A stretch of DNA of 63,956 bases, counting the filler, from Octopus bimaculoides (taxonomy: Eukaryota), in the NCBI RefSeq assembly GCF_001194135.2. It is 5 parts of 5 records of this genome, joined end to end, with 100 filler letters (N's around TTAATTAATTAA, not from the genome) between each part and the next. Parts side by side here need not be neighbours in the genome. Positions count along the whole stretch, not along the records: positions 62,702 to 63,956 come from NW_026412940.1; 4 more parts are not named here. One strand, given 5' to 3'. The notes beneath the pieces are model-generated. The model did not search any database and was not told where the DNA came from. It was given only the letters and a program-made list of their open reading frames with translations. A program made the position numbers and the translations under genes. Every line of letters starts with the position of its first letter. Position 1 is the first letter of the stretch. This document shows positions 62,707 through 63,956 of this stretch, one piece after another.

Positions 62707-63956
62707 ATGTCTGAACAGAAAGAGTCATGGAATAAAGAAGAGTCCTTTGTTTGTGAAGTTTGTGGGGAAACATCCCCTTCACAAGACATGTTTATTAAAC
62801 ATGGAGAGCTGCACAAAACACAGAAAGGTAGTAACAAAAATAATTCTTGTGAATCTGTTTCAACATTCTCTACACTTTTACCTCAATACGTTAAACACGG
62901 AGAGACAAATAAAATGGAGAAGGGTAGTAACAAGGCTATTTCTGAATCTGTTTCAAAATTGACTTCACTTTTACCTCAATATATTAAACATGGAGAGTTA
63001 AACAAAGGAGAAAAAGATGATAACAAAGATACTTCTGAATCTGTTTCAACACTGTCTTCACTTTTACCTCAATACATTAAACATGGAGAGATAAATAAAC
63101 CAGAGAAAGATGGTGACAAGGATACTTCTGGACCTGTTTCAACATTGTCTTCATTTTTACCTCCGTTCATTAAACATGGGGAGATAAACAAAGGAGAAAA
63201 AGATGGTAACAAGGATACTTCAGGATCTGTTTCAACATTATCTTCACTTTTACCTCAATACGCCTGTGATATCTGTGGGAAATCTTTTCCCGCTAATAAG
63301 AAGTTAACTCGACACATACAAACACATTTCAGAGCAAAGATTTTTCAGTGTGAAGTTTGCGGAAATTCATTCACTCGTAAAAGTGATCGAGACCGACATA
63401 AGAGAATACATTCTGGAGAGAAACCTTACCCTTGTGATGTATGTGGGAAATTCTTTTCTCGAAACAGTCATTTAAAAATCCACAAATTGACTCACTCGGG
63501 TATAAAACCTCATCGCTGTGAGACTTGTGGAAAATCATTCTCACAGAATTGTGATCTGGAAAGACATATACGTGTACACACAGGAGAGAGACCATTTAAA
63601 TGTGATACTTGTGAAAAAAGATTCTCTCAAATTAATGAACTAGGAAGACATAAACGAATACATACAGGAGAAAAGCCATATGCCTGTGAGTTTTGTAAGA
63701 AAACGTTTACTTTAAACTGTGTTCTCGTAAGACATAGACGAATTCATACTGGAGAAAAACCCTATGTTTGTGAGTTTTGTAAGAAAACATTTTCCCAAAA
63801 TAGCATTCTTGTAAAACATTTGCGAATGCACAATGGCGGAAAACCATATCAATGTAAGATTTGTGGTGAAGCATTCACAACAAAACGCCTTTTATCTGAC
63901 CACACAAGAACACATACTGCAGATGGTCCTTATCCCTGTCAACTTTGTGGCGAAAT
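62707..63956 (+). CDS. C2H2 zinc-finger protein (partial; runs off the window)
   Basis: Open frame from ATG 62707 to the window end: one degenerate finger (CEVC..FIKHGELH), five 31-32-aa repeats, then eight complete fingers with TGEKPY-type linkers and the start of a ninth. The true start may lie upstream, across the spacer. Confidence 0.92.
   Translation, partial: MSEQKESWNKEESFVCEVCGETSPSQDMFIKHGELHKTQKGSNKNNSCESVSTFSTLLPQYVKHGETNKMEKGSNKAISESVSKLTSLLPQYIKHGELNKGEKDDNKDTSESVSTLSSLLPQYIKHGEINKPEKDGDKDTSGPVSTLSSFLPPFIKHGEINKGEKDGNKDTSGSVSTLSSLLPQYACDICGKSFPANKKLTRHIQTHFRAKIFQCEVCGNSFTRKSDRDRHKRIHSGEKPYPCDVCGKFFSRNSHLKIHKLTHSGIKPHRCETCGKSFSQNCDLERHIRVHTGERPFKCDTCEKRFSQINELGRHKRIHTGEKPYACEFCKKTFTLNCVLVRHRRIHTGEKPYVCEFCKKTFSQNSILVKHLRMHNGGKPYQCKICGEAFTTKRLLSDHTRTHTADGPYPCQLCGE
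62794..63261 (+). repeat. Coding minisatellite, 5 units (96 bp + 4 x 93 bp)
   Basis: Units start at 62794, 62890, 62983, 63076 and 63169; consensus IKHGELNKGEKDGNKDTSESVSTLSSLLPQY. Confidence 0.92.

Overview
Gapped, repeat-rich animal genomic DNA, most likely from an octopod cephalopod. That assignment is an inference from the tRNA-derived SINE families, the dense (TA)n/(CA)n microsatellites and the style of C2H2 gene. Four artificial 100-bp spacers (44N-TTAATTAATTAA-44N) split the window into five joined pieces, so adjacency across them is not guaranteed. Host genes: MRPL20 coding exons 1-3 (+, 11588-25563; last exon not found), a C2H2 zinc-finger ORF running off the right edge (62707-end) with an unusual 31-aa repeat, and a frameshifted, intronless cyclin B3 retrocopy at the left edge. 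The rest is mostly mobile DNA: SINEs, RTE, CR1-like, CRE-like and Penelope-like (PLE) retroelements, mariner, Tc1, piggyBac, MITEs and Helitron/Helentron-like elements, several of them nested. Most notable observations: (1) a PLE GIY-YIG endonuclease carrying a ~170-codon in-frame Asn/Ser insertion, present in two copies; (2) a type I hammerhead ribozyme with an intact core and a 74-nt loop II, antisense in MRPL20 intron 1; (3) a head-to-tail array of an ORF1-only (RRM-like + CCHC) LINE derivative that shares its 3' tail with a SINE; (4) a mariner derivative built from two inverted left ends; (5) several long fold-backs. All calls come from reading motifs by eye; no database search was run.
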